A program made the position numbers and the translations under genes. 64,000 bases of DNA, taken from contig CM082592.2 of assembly GCA_040954595.2 (NCBI GenBank), positions 11,168,017-11,232,016 on the forward strand, read 5' to 3'. This document shows, one piece after another, positions 38,596-50,600 of this stretch. The notes beneath the pieces were generated by a model, which saw only the letters and a program-made list of their open reading frames with translations, had not been told where the DNA came from and searched no databases. Each line of letters begins with the position of its first letter. The stretch's first letter is position 1. This stretch comes from Balanoglossus misakiensis (lineage: Eukaryota > Animalia > Hemichordata).

Positions 38596-39279
38596 TTCGG
38601 TTCTTTTAGTGTGCTCTTTTAAATTCACCAGCAGAAAACCAGGTGTCAACTCACCTTTCATGCAAAACTACCTTGAAAATGTCTTTTCATGCAGCCATCT
38701 GTGTCAAATTCGTGATACAGGAAATCATACCACAAAAAAATTATATACATGGAAAGATGATATATGGCAGCTTCTTGTCAGAAAAATGAATATGAAGATT
38801 GTCAGTCATGTGAAATATGTGGTTACTTGTGGTTGGATAATTTGTGTTAGTCAATCATTAAAACTTAAACAGGACTGTTATCTAGGTACCTTAGAAAAAA
38901 ACACTAGTACATGTACTTCACACAGTACTCGGAATTTGTTTATTAAACAAAATAAAGTTGACAGTTTTATACTTGTTATAAAGAGACAAGTACACAACAT
39001 GTATACTGTTAATTTTATTTATGTGATTAAAGTTTTATTTTTACTTTCTTTTATTGTGTTCATCTCTCATTGTTAACTTGGTCATCACACTGCCATCACC
39101 CTGTAAAAACCACACAAAATCCTCCTTAAATACCCTGAATGTACATATAGAATTTTTATTTTAAATATATTTAGGCACCTGGAAATTACAGATTACATCT
39201 ATTTTTGTTACTTAAATTTGCATAAAAAGCTATCCGTTATTGACTTTCGACTGAGAAATGATCCCTGAGCCTTTCTCTC

Positions 39280-41117
39280 TCACAGTCCAAACTTTTCCTT
39301 CCACTGGAGAAGTTGCTTGAGACTGATGCTGCTGCCACCACAGACTACAACGACGACATTCTTCAAATCTGCTTTCAGTTTGCCTTCCTTCTGTAGTTTT
39401 GGAATGACGTTGCTATAGATACCAGCCAGGGCAGCACTGCAGGCAATTTCCACCATGATTCGATGATCATCTGAGTGATGCAAAAATGAGAGCATTTATT
39501 TTCTATGTCAAAACATTCAAGATATCAGAAAGGCTTTTCTATCAGAACTGAACCAACTGATCAAGTTACAGCTTTGTCATCTTTGCCACGGTCGCCCGAC
39601 AAATCTTCATATATCATGCTTGAAATTCTGAAAAACTCAAGAACCATACCTAGGAATTTGAGACAGGCAGACACAGCTTCTTTGTCCTCGACAACCACGG
39701 AGTGGATTTTGTGTTTGCTGTAAAGCTCCAAACTTCTCTCACAAACACAGAGCGCCCCCAGACAGTGTGCAACACTGGAAAGAAGCAGCCACAAGATTAC
39801 TAGTAATCAATTCATAATTTTCAATTTATAGGACCACAAAATGACAACTTAAGATGGCAAAATACCAACTGTATCTGAAGTTACCTTGTTATGTCTGGCA
39901 GTGTTACCAAACGGCCAGCATTCACTGCTTGGTTGTAAGAATCGGCACCAATCGTTTCCATGGCCACCACTGGAACATCATTCCATCCAGCTTCCCACAG
40001 ACCCTGTACGATCCCACTTAACAGCCCACCACCACCAACTGATGTTATAATAAGGTCTGGTTTTTCTTTGAGATCCTCTTTCAGTTCCATCACAAGAGAT
40101 TGGTGTCCTTCCCTGTGAGAAGAAATTTGACAGGTTACTGCCCTGGTCAATTTGTGTGTGAGAATATTATCGCCATCAGTGATAAACAGCACTTACCAAA
40201 CATCAGGATGGTCAAATGGATGCACATACATGCATCCAGGTTCTTTTGCTAGTTCCAATCCTTTCTCATGTGCGTGATTCCAAACCTGAAATACACAAAA
40301 GTAAAGATAGAATTCTGGCTGACATACGTCAGAGATCTTTTTTTTTTACTGTTGGGGTCTTTGTCATACACAAAGAAAGCAGCTAGTAGATAATGTTGGA
40401 TCACTGAAAAAATGGGAACATCTACTAGTATATGATTGTAATGATCACCCCACAAGAGACTTTACCTGACCATGTACAACCACATTAGCATTCAACTCTT
40501 CTTTCAGTCTTTCTGCTGTAAATTTGGGTGTGCTCTCCGGTACAATAATTGTGGATGGAATTCCCAGCTGTTGAGCAGCATATGCTGCAGCCACACCTGC
40601 ATTCCCACCTGCCCAGAATTAATTTGCATAGAAACGTCAATTACAATCAGAAATATGTTGCTCTGTAGCAATACTTGATCTTTGTCAGCATGCAAAGTCA
40701 CAGCTTCCTAGCAACAGTGATGGTCACAATTCTGTGTGACTAGATAAAGAAGTGCCTTACCTGAAGCACAGACAATATGTTTGCAACCATTTGCTTTGGC
40801 CTGTCAAATAAGAAAAACAAACATATTGTAACTTCTGAGTGCTTTTTGAACCACAGATCAATGTAAACCATTGGCCCAATCTTCTCTATATGCTGTCTAT
40901 GAACGGTTGCAAATGTATCCATTAACCTCAAATGGCATTTACTAACCTTTTTGCAAAGATTACCAACTCCTCTAATTTTGAATGTGTATGTTGGTTGAAA
41001 ATTTTCGCATTTCAAGTAGACTTTCAATCCAGTGAGTCCTGACAGTGGACGACTATGTATCAATGGTGTGTGAATATGCAATTGTATGTCATCCTCTGAA
41101 GTACTGCTACTTTCCAT
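39280..41117 (-). CDS. SDS: L-serine/threonine dehydratase (SDS/SDSL family, fold-type II PLP enzyme)
   Basis: Exons 41117-40947, 40800-40761, 40608-40466, 40285-40197, 40112-39885, 39774-39650 and 39470-39280 splice in frame. Motifs: LHIHTPL, VYLKCENFQPTYTFKIRG (PLP Lys), SGGNAG, HPFDHPDVWEGH, SVGGGGLL, VVCGGS. Confidence 0.93.
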
Positions 41118-41474
41118 GGTTTAAAAAATACTGGAAGAGAGATAATAAAGGGAACCGATGATACTCGGATCGGGGATACCCTTGCGCAAAAGATTTGCGC
41201 AGTTGGAAGGTGTTTATTTACGAGGGGGCGTTGGCACATTTATTCACAAACAGATTACACTGTCCACATATTATCTGATATTATTGGAGTGCGTTCATGG
41301 CCTAAAAGGACCAAACTGGAAATTTTCAATGGAGATGAAAAGATCGCATGATGACAGATACTGATAAAAGGAGAAAAGTCGCAGTCTGGCCGATCGCGCG
41401 GCGGAATCCCCACGCGCGTCGCCGGGTATATTGCAATGCGCAAAAATTCTGCGTGGATTACACAATCTTGTAAA

Positions 41475-41498
41475 GTCACATGACTTCAGTCACATGAT
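41475..41498. promoter_or_regulatory. Tandem M-box/CLEAR-like E-boxes upstream of UNC93A-like copy 1
   Basis: GTCACATGAC (41475-41484) and GTCACATGAT (41489-41498) lie ~120-140 bp before the ATG at 41617. C/EBP-type TTGCGCAA (41182) is on the SDS side. Confidence 0.5.
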
Positions 41499-41616
41499 AT
41501 TGAGTTTGAGGGCTTTCCTCATGATCATATGACAGTACTGAGAGCTGCTGGCGAAGACGTCCAGATTTTGTCAAGAATTTTCGTATTTTCAGAGCCGTAA
41601 AGTGACATTTACCACA

Positions 41617-43326
41617 ATGGATGATATGCAGACCGATCCTCTCATAATCAACGCTCCCCAGACACCGGTAAATACAGAAATTTGGCAGCATAAGTGGAAA
41701 TATTGGAAGAATCTTCTAGCCTTGAGCGTTGCGTTCACCTTCAATTTCACCGCATTCGCCTCCTTGCAAAACTTGGAGAGCAGTTTAAACAGAGAAGCTG
41801 GACTTGGACTTGCTTCTCTGAGTGTTATATACGGATCTCTTATTATATCATGTCTCGTAGCACCAGCTATCATTCGGGCTCTTGGTCTGAAATGGACTTT
41901 CTTCGTAGCTATTATTTGTTATGCAATCTACACTGCCACAAATTATTATCCACAGTTTTACACCTTGATTCCGTCATCCGTTCTTTTGGGTTTTGCCGCC
42001 GGTCCGTTATGGGCTTCCCAGGGCGCTTATGTGACCACATCGGCTATCAACTATGCCGAGGTCACTATAGAACTGGAAGAGACTATTATTAACCGCTTCA
42101 ACGGGGTGTTCCTGATGTTCTTCCAGTCAAGTCAAATCTGGGGGAACCTGATAGCCTCACTGGTTTTTCACCACGGTGATAACGCGACGGAATCGAACAG
42201 TGGGCGGATATGCGGAGCCAAAGATTGCCCTTGGTTCACCAACGGTACATCGTACGAAGAACCAAGTGTAAAATTAGAGCATATTTTGATTAGCATATAT
42301 CTAGGATGTGGAGTTCTTGCTGCTGTGATAATCCTGATATTTTTGGACTCTTTGAGTTCACGTAGTGGTAGAAACACTTCCGAGAATGACAGCTTGTCCA
42401 GGAGGCTTCTATCAACGGTGCGACTTCTGAAAGAATATCGAATGTACCTGATGCTTCCCCTAATGGTCTACAGTGGAGTGGAACAGGCTTATATTGCTGG
42501 TGATTACACCAAGGTATGGAAACAAGTTAACACCTGCTTGTTACAAATGAACCAATTGGACATATAACTGTTTTCTTTAACACCCACTGTCTTGTGTGTG
42601 GTACTGTATATTTAGATACTAGTAGATGTAATCTTGTTGAAGTTATTAATACATGGTCATTATTACCTTTTTTGTTTCAGTCTTTCGTAAGCTGTTCTCT
42701 TGGGATACAAATGGTGGGCTATGTCATGATAGCATATGGTGTCACAGACGCCCTGGCCTCACTATTTTTTGGCCGGATTCAAGAGTACGTCGGGAGAATT
42801 TCACTGTTCATTCTCGGTGCCATTACTCATCTTGGTCTTATTGTTGCCATGTTGCTGTGGCAACCCTGCAGTGAGCATTCAGAGTGGTTGTTCTTTGTTG
42901 TGGCCGCATTGTGGGGTCTAGGGGATGCAGTGTGGCAGACACAGCTAGCATGTGAGTAACACTTGTCAACTAAGTCTTCAAAATGTGTTTAGAAATGAAG
43001 GTGGAAGGAGTCATATGGTTAATGCCGTCCTTTGTTGCTAAGGAAAGTAACTGCAACCACTGTACATTATCTGTTTTCAAACTTTCTATCCTGTTTTCAT
43101 TGCAGCATTTGTTGGAGTGTTGTTTCCGGATCACCAAGAGCCGGCATTTTCAAACTATCGACTGTGGCAAGCCCTTGGATTCACCATCACATTTGCATAC
43201 AGCAACTACCTCTGTGTGAATGCCAAGCTGTACATTGCAGGTGGTTTGTTAGCAGTTTCCATGCTTCTCTATGGAACTGTAGAGTACAAGATACGACATA
43301 TTAACATCCGATATGCAGAGATCTGA
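41617..43326 (+). CDS. UNC93A: UNC-93 homolog A-like MFS membrane protein, copy 1
   Basis: Exons 41617-42513, 42681-42951 and 43106-43326. Motifs: KNLLALSVAF..FTAFASLQNLESSLN, GLGLASLSVIY, LLGFAAGPLWASQGAYVT, FFQSSQIWGNLI, YSGVEQAY, LWGLGDAVWQTQ, AFSNYRLWQALGF. Confidence 0.93.
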
Positions 43327-44661
43327 ACAGATTCTGCTGAAGAAACAAAGAGTTCTGACACGCATTTATTCATAAAGTTTCATTTCACAGACTTCCTACT
43401 TAACTACAACTCTATATTCAGTGCTTTCATCAAAACATTCAAGTTTTCATCTTTCAAGTAAAAACAAGATCCAACCATTTTCTTGATATAAAAAACTTTT
43501 TTTTCAGTCTCTAGTAAAATAAAAAAAAATCGTGGTCTGATTTTAATAGTGTATCATGTAAAACTTTGTGAAAGATTTGTAAATAAAGTTACTTGCACCA
43601 ACTGTACACCTGGATATTGAAGTTTTTTTATGTGGAACTTTCTGAGTTACAGACTGCAATCTGACATGGCCAATAGCAGGCATTTGCTGTTATCTTTTCA
43701 TGACTTGGAACAGTTTGAAGTTGACAGGGCACAGGTTGAAGCTGTGGACTGAAACCTCGAGGAATGGTTAGCCGCTTGACCATTCAGCCTCCACAGATGA
43801 CAGGTTTTGGCCAATTGGCCAAAAATCCATCCTGGCAACTTTGCAAGTGCCAAGAGGAAGTGCATCGTATACCAACCAATACACGTAGCTGCAATAATTG
43901 TAGCCTTGATGGGTAGTCGGGAATCAGCTTGTGCGAACTGCAGCATGCCACCATCGCACAAACCGCAGATCGCTCAAGCCCGGCGCACGACCGACCCCTA
44001 AACTAAAGGCTACAATTATCTCAACCAACCACCTGTTGCGCTTCTTCCCGCACAGATGTGACGGGGCTGCATCCAAACACTGACCCAAAAATATTAAATG
44101 AATGTTCTGATTATAAAGATCGAAAATGTAAACGGTAATGCCATGTAAACTCTGGATAATATAGCAACTTTCATTTATCAGCATGTAAAGCTAGCGCGAT
44201 GGAAACTATACTGTGGGATTTTTCAACTGGGATTTTCGAAACTAGAAAAAAAGGGGTGGGACAAGATAGGTAGAACGAGCACCAGATTTGTAAAATACGT
44301 GAAGATATTTCATGTTTCACGACGATAAAGGGTGTATGCAGTTCAATGTACCTCAATTTATAATCACCAATTTTTGACCTTTGTGAACTCGCATCGTACA
44401 TTTAATCCACATGTGTGACAGGTTGAAAAGGCCGCACGTCGGATTTTGTTAATCATTACATAGCCCTATAAGTATATTGACAGCTGCAGAGGTGAAGGGT
44501 CTCTTCGGAGCCTTTTTGCTATTGGTTGGGACTCGTGTGTTGTGACGTACTAGTATCATAAAACTGTACGCGTGTGCATTGCCTACGCCATATACGATAT
44601 ATCTGCAGTTCATTTGGCGAATATTCCCGTTTTCCAGAACGGACCCTCTGCGCACCATAAA

Positions 44662-46414
44662 ATGGAAGATCGGGAATCGAAGGTCGGGGATTTCGTCACC
44701 GATGTGCAGAGTTTGGATTCAAATCCTTTCCACGGAGTGGAAAGACGCCGATGCTGGAAGAACTTGCTGGTGTTGAGTGTAGCTTTCGTGTTAGTTTTCA
44801 CTGCATTCAACAGTCTACAGAACCTTCAAAGCAGCATCAACCAGTCAGAAGGCGTCGGAGTCGCTTCCCTGTGCACCATATACACATGTTTCATAGTATC
44901 ATGTCTGTTCTCTCCTGTCATAATCAGGAAATTGGGATCGAAGAAAACTATGGTTTATAGCGTCGTCTTCTATGCCCTATACGCCGCTTCCAATCTATTC
45001 AACGACGTCTTTATTTTGATTCCAGCGTCTATTTTATTAGGGTTTGCTGCTGGACCTTTGTGGGCATCTCAAGGCTCATATTTGACGACGCTGTCCATAA
45101 AATATTCAGACTTGACTTCCGATTCGCACGAAACAGCCATAAATCACTTCAACGGTATATTCTATATGTTTTTCCTGTCATCTCAAATCTGGGGAAACTT
45201 GATTTCGTCGTACGTTCTCTTCAGGGGAGCCAACCTCGAAGCTTCAAATGATCCCGCCTTCTGTGGGAGTGGATTTTGTCCAAGTCATGACCTACCCGGG
45301 GGTGCCATTCCTATCGGGAACAACAGAGACATCGTGGACTTGTTGATGAGCGTTTATTTTGGAAGCATCGTGGTGGGCTATGTTATCATTCGGTTTGGTT
45401 TGGATGAGTTGCCAAAGCGACTAGACCAAACACTTCGATTAGATGAGGAAAGTTCCAAATCACTCTTTACGGCAACTTTGCACCTGCTTTGGGAGCGCAG
45501 TCTGTTTCTACTTGTTCCACTCATGATGTACAGTGGCGTTGAAATGGCCTTCATCTTCGGCGAGTTTACCCAGGTACACTTTTCACTTGCATTTTATTTT
45601 CAGGAAGATCAACATACCAACACGTTTCAGCCTTCTGTCTGTCATTCCGACTGTTGAGGTGGCGGCTGTGATGATGGTGGTGGTGGTGGTGGTGGTGGTG
45701 GTGGTGGTGGTGGTGGTGGTGATTTGCGCGCATCGATGTGGATGTAGTCCAAACGATTTTTCCCATTTCTCTATATAGGCATTTATCAGTTGTTGTCTGG
45801 GCGTACATCATATTGGTTACACCATGGTGGCTTGTGGAACCTCCCAAGCGATAACCTCGTTCGTTCTCGGCAAGACGAGGAAGTTCGTCGGGAGGTTTAC
45901 CGTTTTCTTGGTAGGATGCATCATTCATCTAGGATTGCTGATCGTCTTGTCAAGATGGGAGCCAGATAGAGAAGATGAACATGTTTTTATCCTGGTAGCT
46001 GCTCTGTGGGGAGTAGGCGATGCGATATGGCAGACACAAATCAGTTGTAAGTACATAAATTACAGTACAGACATTAAATTATTGGTTTGGTAATAAATTG
46101 AAAGCTTCCAACACATTTCCTCCGTGATTATTGGAAACTTATAATGCTTTGATTCACTCATCAATATTTAATTAATCGTTGCCTTCACAGCAATACTTGG
46201 AGTTCTGTACTCTGAAAGTCAAGAGTCCGCCTTCTCTAACTACCGCTTGTGGCAGTCGTTGGGATCAGCAATCGCCTTCGGATACAGTCACTATCTATGC
46301 ATGCTACCCAAGATATTCATTACTGGCGTGTTACTCATCGTGTCAACGATAGCTTACACCGCTTTTGAATTCAAGAATCGTAACAACAGATCTATCCGGA
46401 AACTGAATATATAA
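44662..46414 (+). CDS. UNC93A: UNC-93 homolog A-like MFS membrane protein, copy 2 (tandem paralog)
   Basis: Exons 44662-45573, 45779-46046 and 46191-46414. It has the same UNC93 motifs (LQNLQSSIN, GFAAGPLWASQG, SSQIWGNLIS, WGVGDAIWQTQ, AFSNYRLWQSLG) and the same two intron positions and phases as copy 1. Confidence 0.93.
45675..45721. repeat. (GTG)n microsatellite in intron 1 of UNC93A-like copy 2
   Basis: An uninterrupted TGG/GTG trinucleotide run is visible. Confidence 0.95.
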
Positions 46415-47199
46415 CTTTGGCACTGTTACATGAAACACAAAAGTGTATTATCGAACTGAGCGTCTTTCGGGGGCTTGTAAGTTCGAGTTCGGGGCATATG
46501 GGCGCATCTCCTAACACATTGTTTTGTGGGTTTTCTGCTCTGGTGAGAAAGTGTATTTTGCCTATTTAATATTTACACTTTTTTATGACAGTCTCGCATT
46601 TAAACCAGGGTGAGTTGGTGCAAATCATTTCCCTGTACTTTAGAGCTTTTGGAGAACATTCCACTAATTTATACTTAAAATTAGTTTAATAAAAACGTTT
46701 TGTTGTGTTGCTCGCTTTATCCTGTTATACCCGTGTCTGGTTTCTGAAACGTGACTGCCAGGGCGGTCGTGTCGTTTAGTTTACACACAATTTTGAGAAC
46801 CCGCAGACAGAGGATTTTATACATTATCATGAAGACCGGAGAGCTAACCAATTTGTCAAACCCGACTACGAGGGCGCTAATCATTTTGTCGCACAGGTAA
46901 AATAAGTTTTTAACGTTTTATTAATACTCCTCCTTCGCTGAAATGGATGTTTGAGGTACAAAAGAAGACATATACAATGTACAGGTGTAACCGTCAAGTG
47001 CAATCCAACTAAGTTATTTACAGAGTAGAACAGAAAAGGCAACGAATATAATTCGTTTCATCTTCTAGACTAGGACAAAATATATCATTAGATGAATTAG
47101 TTGAGCTAAAATGTTACCTCATCAATACAGGCGCATAATAGAGAAAATGTCGAGATTAAAAAACTAAACGCGCAGGATTATTTTTCAGTAAAACTGAAA

Positions 47200-47323
47200 G
47201 TTCCCATGGAAACAAATTTGACACTGGGCACAAAGTCTAGTCTCGGTTACCCAGACTCCTTCGCAGGCGCACAAATGCTTTCGCGCATGCGATCTACAGC
47301 AAAACACTATTTACGCATGCGTA
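47200..47323. promoter_or_regulatory. PHF12 upstream motifs: RFX X-box and two NRF1-like GCATGC palindromes
   Basis: GTTCCCATGGAAAC (47200-47213), TCGCGCATGCGA (47281-47292) and TACGCATGCGTA (47312-47323) lie in CpG-enriched sequence 350-480 bp upstream of the ATG. Confidence 0.45.
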
Positions 47324-47675
47324 TTATTCCAGGTCTGAAATTTGCGCCAACTTTCAGGAAATTTGGGGCAAATTTCGTCAAAATTCCTTATATTGGTCAG
47401 CTTTTATCGCAGGAAAACGCCACGGCTAGATATATATACCAACTGCGGATCCTTGAGACCATTTAAAGACAGTTTCCTTCGTCTACTGCGAGTGCTTTCA
47501 GTGGCCGAAAGTACTGACATCGACCGGTTGTTTCTGAGGAGAATGTGGTTGCTGCTCTGGGTTGGAACCATGAATGTGGATATTTACACTATTTAAAGTT
47601 CTTACACGCTTCATAGTATCGTTTTGTTTCCATATATAAACTTGGACTGAATAGGTTAACCATAAACGAGGAAAG

Positions 47676-50600
47676 ATGACCACGGTGGAGTATGATTTGG
47701 ACACATCTGGTGGTCTTATGGACGTGAGTATTGTCGATGTCTTTCTTGCCCACAAATTTCTTAACTTTTCCTCACTTTCTCTGTTGTCATGTGTCATCTT
47801 TGAAGTTGTACTGACGTGATTATTTCTATTTCCTTGCTCCCCAGACCATCCGGGCGTTGGTTGCACCGCCCCAAAGTGACGAACCCCCAAAGAAACTGAA
47901 GAAAACCGAGCGAGAGCCTAGAAGAACAGGTCGTACACAGAACCACGATAATTGTGACAGTTGTCGAGAAGGGGGAGACTTGTTGTGTTGCGACCGTTGT
48001 CCAGCTGCTTTTCACTTACAGTGCTGGTAAGAAAATACCTTCACATGATAATTGAACTTCTTTATTAATTGTTTGTGTGAGTGTTTTCAAATCTGGCGTA
48101 GATATTGACTGAACGTCGTCGACAGTGATCACGTTTGGCTTGCAGGGGAAAATCCAATATGGCGTCCTGTTGCAACGAGGCCTCTTTTGAGCTATCACTG
48201 CCATGAAAGGAAACAGTGCATGTTAGTGAGTGAGCGTGAGGCCGAGAACTTCTCTCAATACATCTCTTGCGTTTCAATGTACGAGCTCGTATATGCACTG
48301 CACCGTGACATCTAAAGCAGGTCACCAAGCAGAATTTCCATGTTCAGATCCCAGCTTTGACATTGTGGCCCACAGGCTTATGGCCAGGCTGTCAGCAATC
48401 TATGAAATGGAACAACAGAGGAGAACCAAAATGGAGTTAGGCGCCATGTTGGTTTCGAATTGACCTTGGTTGACACAAATTTGAGAAGAGGTTTGAATGC
48501 TATCAAAGATTGGCCTAGTTGTGTGATTGTTGTTGTCATGTGGAAAGGAAATTGGCGAAGTGCTAAAGTTAATTTGAGGACAACGTGTCAACAATGGTTG
48601 TTCACAGGTCAGGTCAGTTATGTGTACCTAGAAACCATTGACCAAGAATACATTTATGGATTCTGAAAATTTGTTGATATCACCAACTCCAATACTTGAC
48701 CACAACATTCTATGCCTGTGTTGTACTTGCATTTGAAACACTTGCGTATCGACAAGTGTTAATTTGAAATTACTCGCTATTAAAGGACAGGTAATCGATG
48801 ACCATAATATACAGCACTGGTTGCTTTGGTGTTTTTATATTGTTATGTAACTGATATTACAGAGTTTGTGTGATGAAAATATCACAGAAACCTGTAGTCT
48901 TAGAACATACAATGTAGTACACAGTGTGACTTTGAATCCCGGAGCCACCATCTATGCAATGTTCAACTCTTCACATATTCAAACGTTAGAAATACAATGA
49001 AATTCAGGGAACGTAATCCTTGCAAGAGCACAGTCAGTACATTAATAAAGAAAACATGTGTAAACGAATCAGAGTTAGAGTTTACAAATAGCAGAATGAA
49101 GCTTATAATGACTGTTTTGGGAAAGTAAATAATATAAGTCTGTTAGACCATAGTGTATAGAGGTAATGTTATTGTACAATAGTTTGTCACACAATTTCGT
49201 TCTCTTTCATGAGAATTATGGCATAAGCTTCTGTAATTATGATTTGATCCTACATTGCAGATCTTCTTAAATAAATAACAAGTATATAATTTGTAATTCT
49301 TAACAGCTGGGTCCTGTTGAAGGAGCAGGGTTCAGGGGTCAAGGTTTTCCCCCAGAATGCCATTGGCATAGGTTGCATTCTCTATTGTACTTGTATACTA
49401 GGTTTATATTGATACAACAATGATCTGCTTATGAGTGATAGGCATTTGGGCTTTTCAGAATAAAGACTTGGCAGATGTTGGGATAGTGCCAGTGAATTTT
49501 AGGTGGAATAACCTTATCTCAGCATTATCTAGCCCATCATCTGACACCTCTAACCGGATGATATAATTCTGTAATACTTCAAATACTGATTGTGCATGGT
49601 TGCATTATGTTTCCAAGTCGCTGAATGTTTTACTATTGGTAAACAGAAGCATTGCTGGGGTTCTCGAACCAGTTAAAAGTGTTTTCTAACCTCAGCAAAA
49701 ACACTGATATCATATTGAGGTCACAAGTTCTGGATGTAGTCAGCAAATCAAATGTGGCCCTACACCTTTTGGTGCATCCTGTGTACAAGAACTACTTTGA
49801 CTAGTTTTCTTAAAGTCTGTACTGGTTCACTCCTATTATGTAACTGTGGAGAGTAGTTTTGTTTTTGAGGCAGCAATGCTGGCAGACGAAGTCTTTTGAC
49901 CCTGTAAACATCTGTAAATGTAAAGCGTAATCAGGCATGGTTGGTGCCCCCCCTAGGTATGCAAATGAGAAAGGATGTGAGTGGGTTTTTTCAGACTAAG
50001 TTATGGTGTCAGGTAGTAGCTTTGTTCATTGCAACTGAAAGCAATCAGTAGCCGGATAAAATGCACCCTCTTTCATGATGTGCAAATCACCAGCCCTTGC
50101 TCACAGACTGAGTTTTTATAACCATCCATGATAAATTATATTATTCCACTGGTATTTTTTAAACAGCCTGAGTTGAACAGAAAAGACTTATCTTGAAGTT
50201 TTCATCATTGACAGCATATGCTGCTGAGTTTAATTTAGAGGTATCCAATCTTGCCAATTCAAAGATATTCCATGCTATGAATCACTTCCATAAGTTCTTT
50301 TCATCATCCGTGGAGTGTGTCAGATTGAAAGTGGCTAGTTCCATTCAGAGCTCTGGTTGAAGGCTGGCAAATTGTCAATTGTGATCAATAGTAGGTTTAC
50401 TATACATGTAGATGGTATTTTATCTGTGTGCAAGAAACCATATGTGGGTGTCTTCACTGATGATATAAATTGTATCGCTCTTGATTAGTGATGATTTTTT
50501 TTTTTGGGGGGGGGGGGGGTGCTGCGTTGAAAAGGACGACATCTCCACTTCTTGAATTTCCTGATGATTACTTGTGAAAGATGATACCAGAGTTTGTGTG

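Noticed and set aside
38585-39076. 163-aa plus-strand ORF between the PfpI-like gene and SDS
   Set aside because: It starts with GTG, has AT-rich UTR-like composition containing polyadenylation signals, and has no recognisable motif.
45566-45928. Minus-strand ORF with a poly-His run (and the plus-strand poly-Val ORF 45533-45778)
   Set aside because: Both are translation artefacts of the intronic (GTG)n microsatellite overlapping UNC93A copy 2.
46450-46520. tRNA/SINE-like B-box (GTTCGAGTTC)
   Set aside because: There is no matching A-box or cloverleaf structure.
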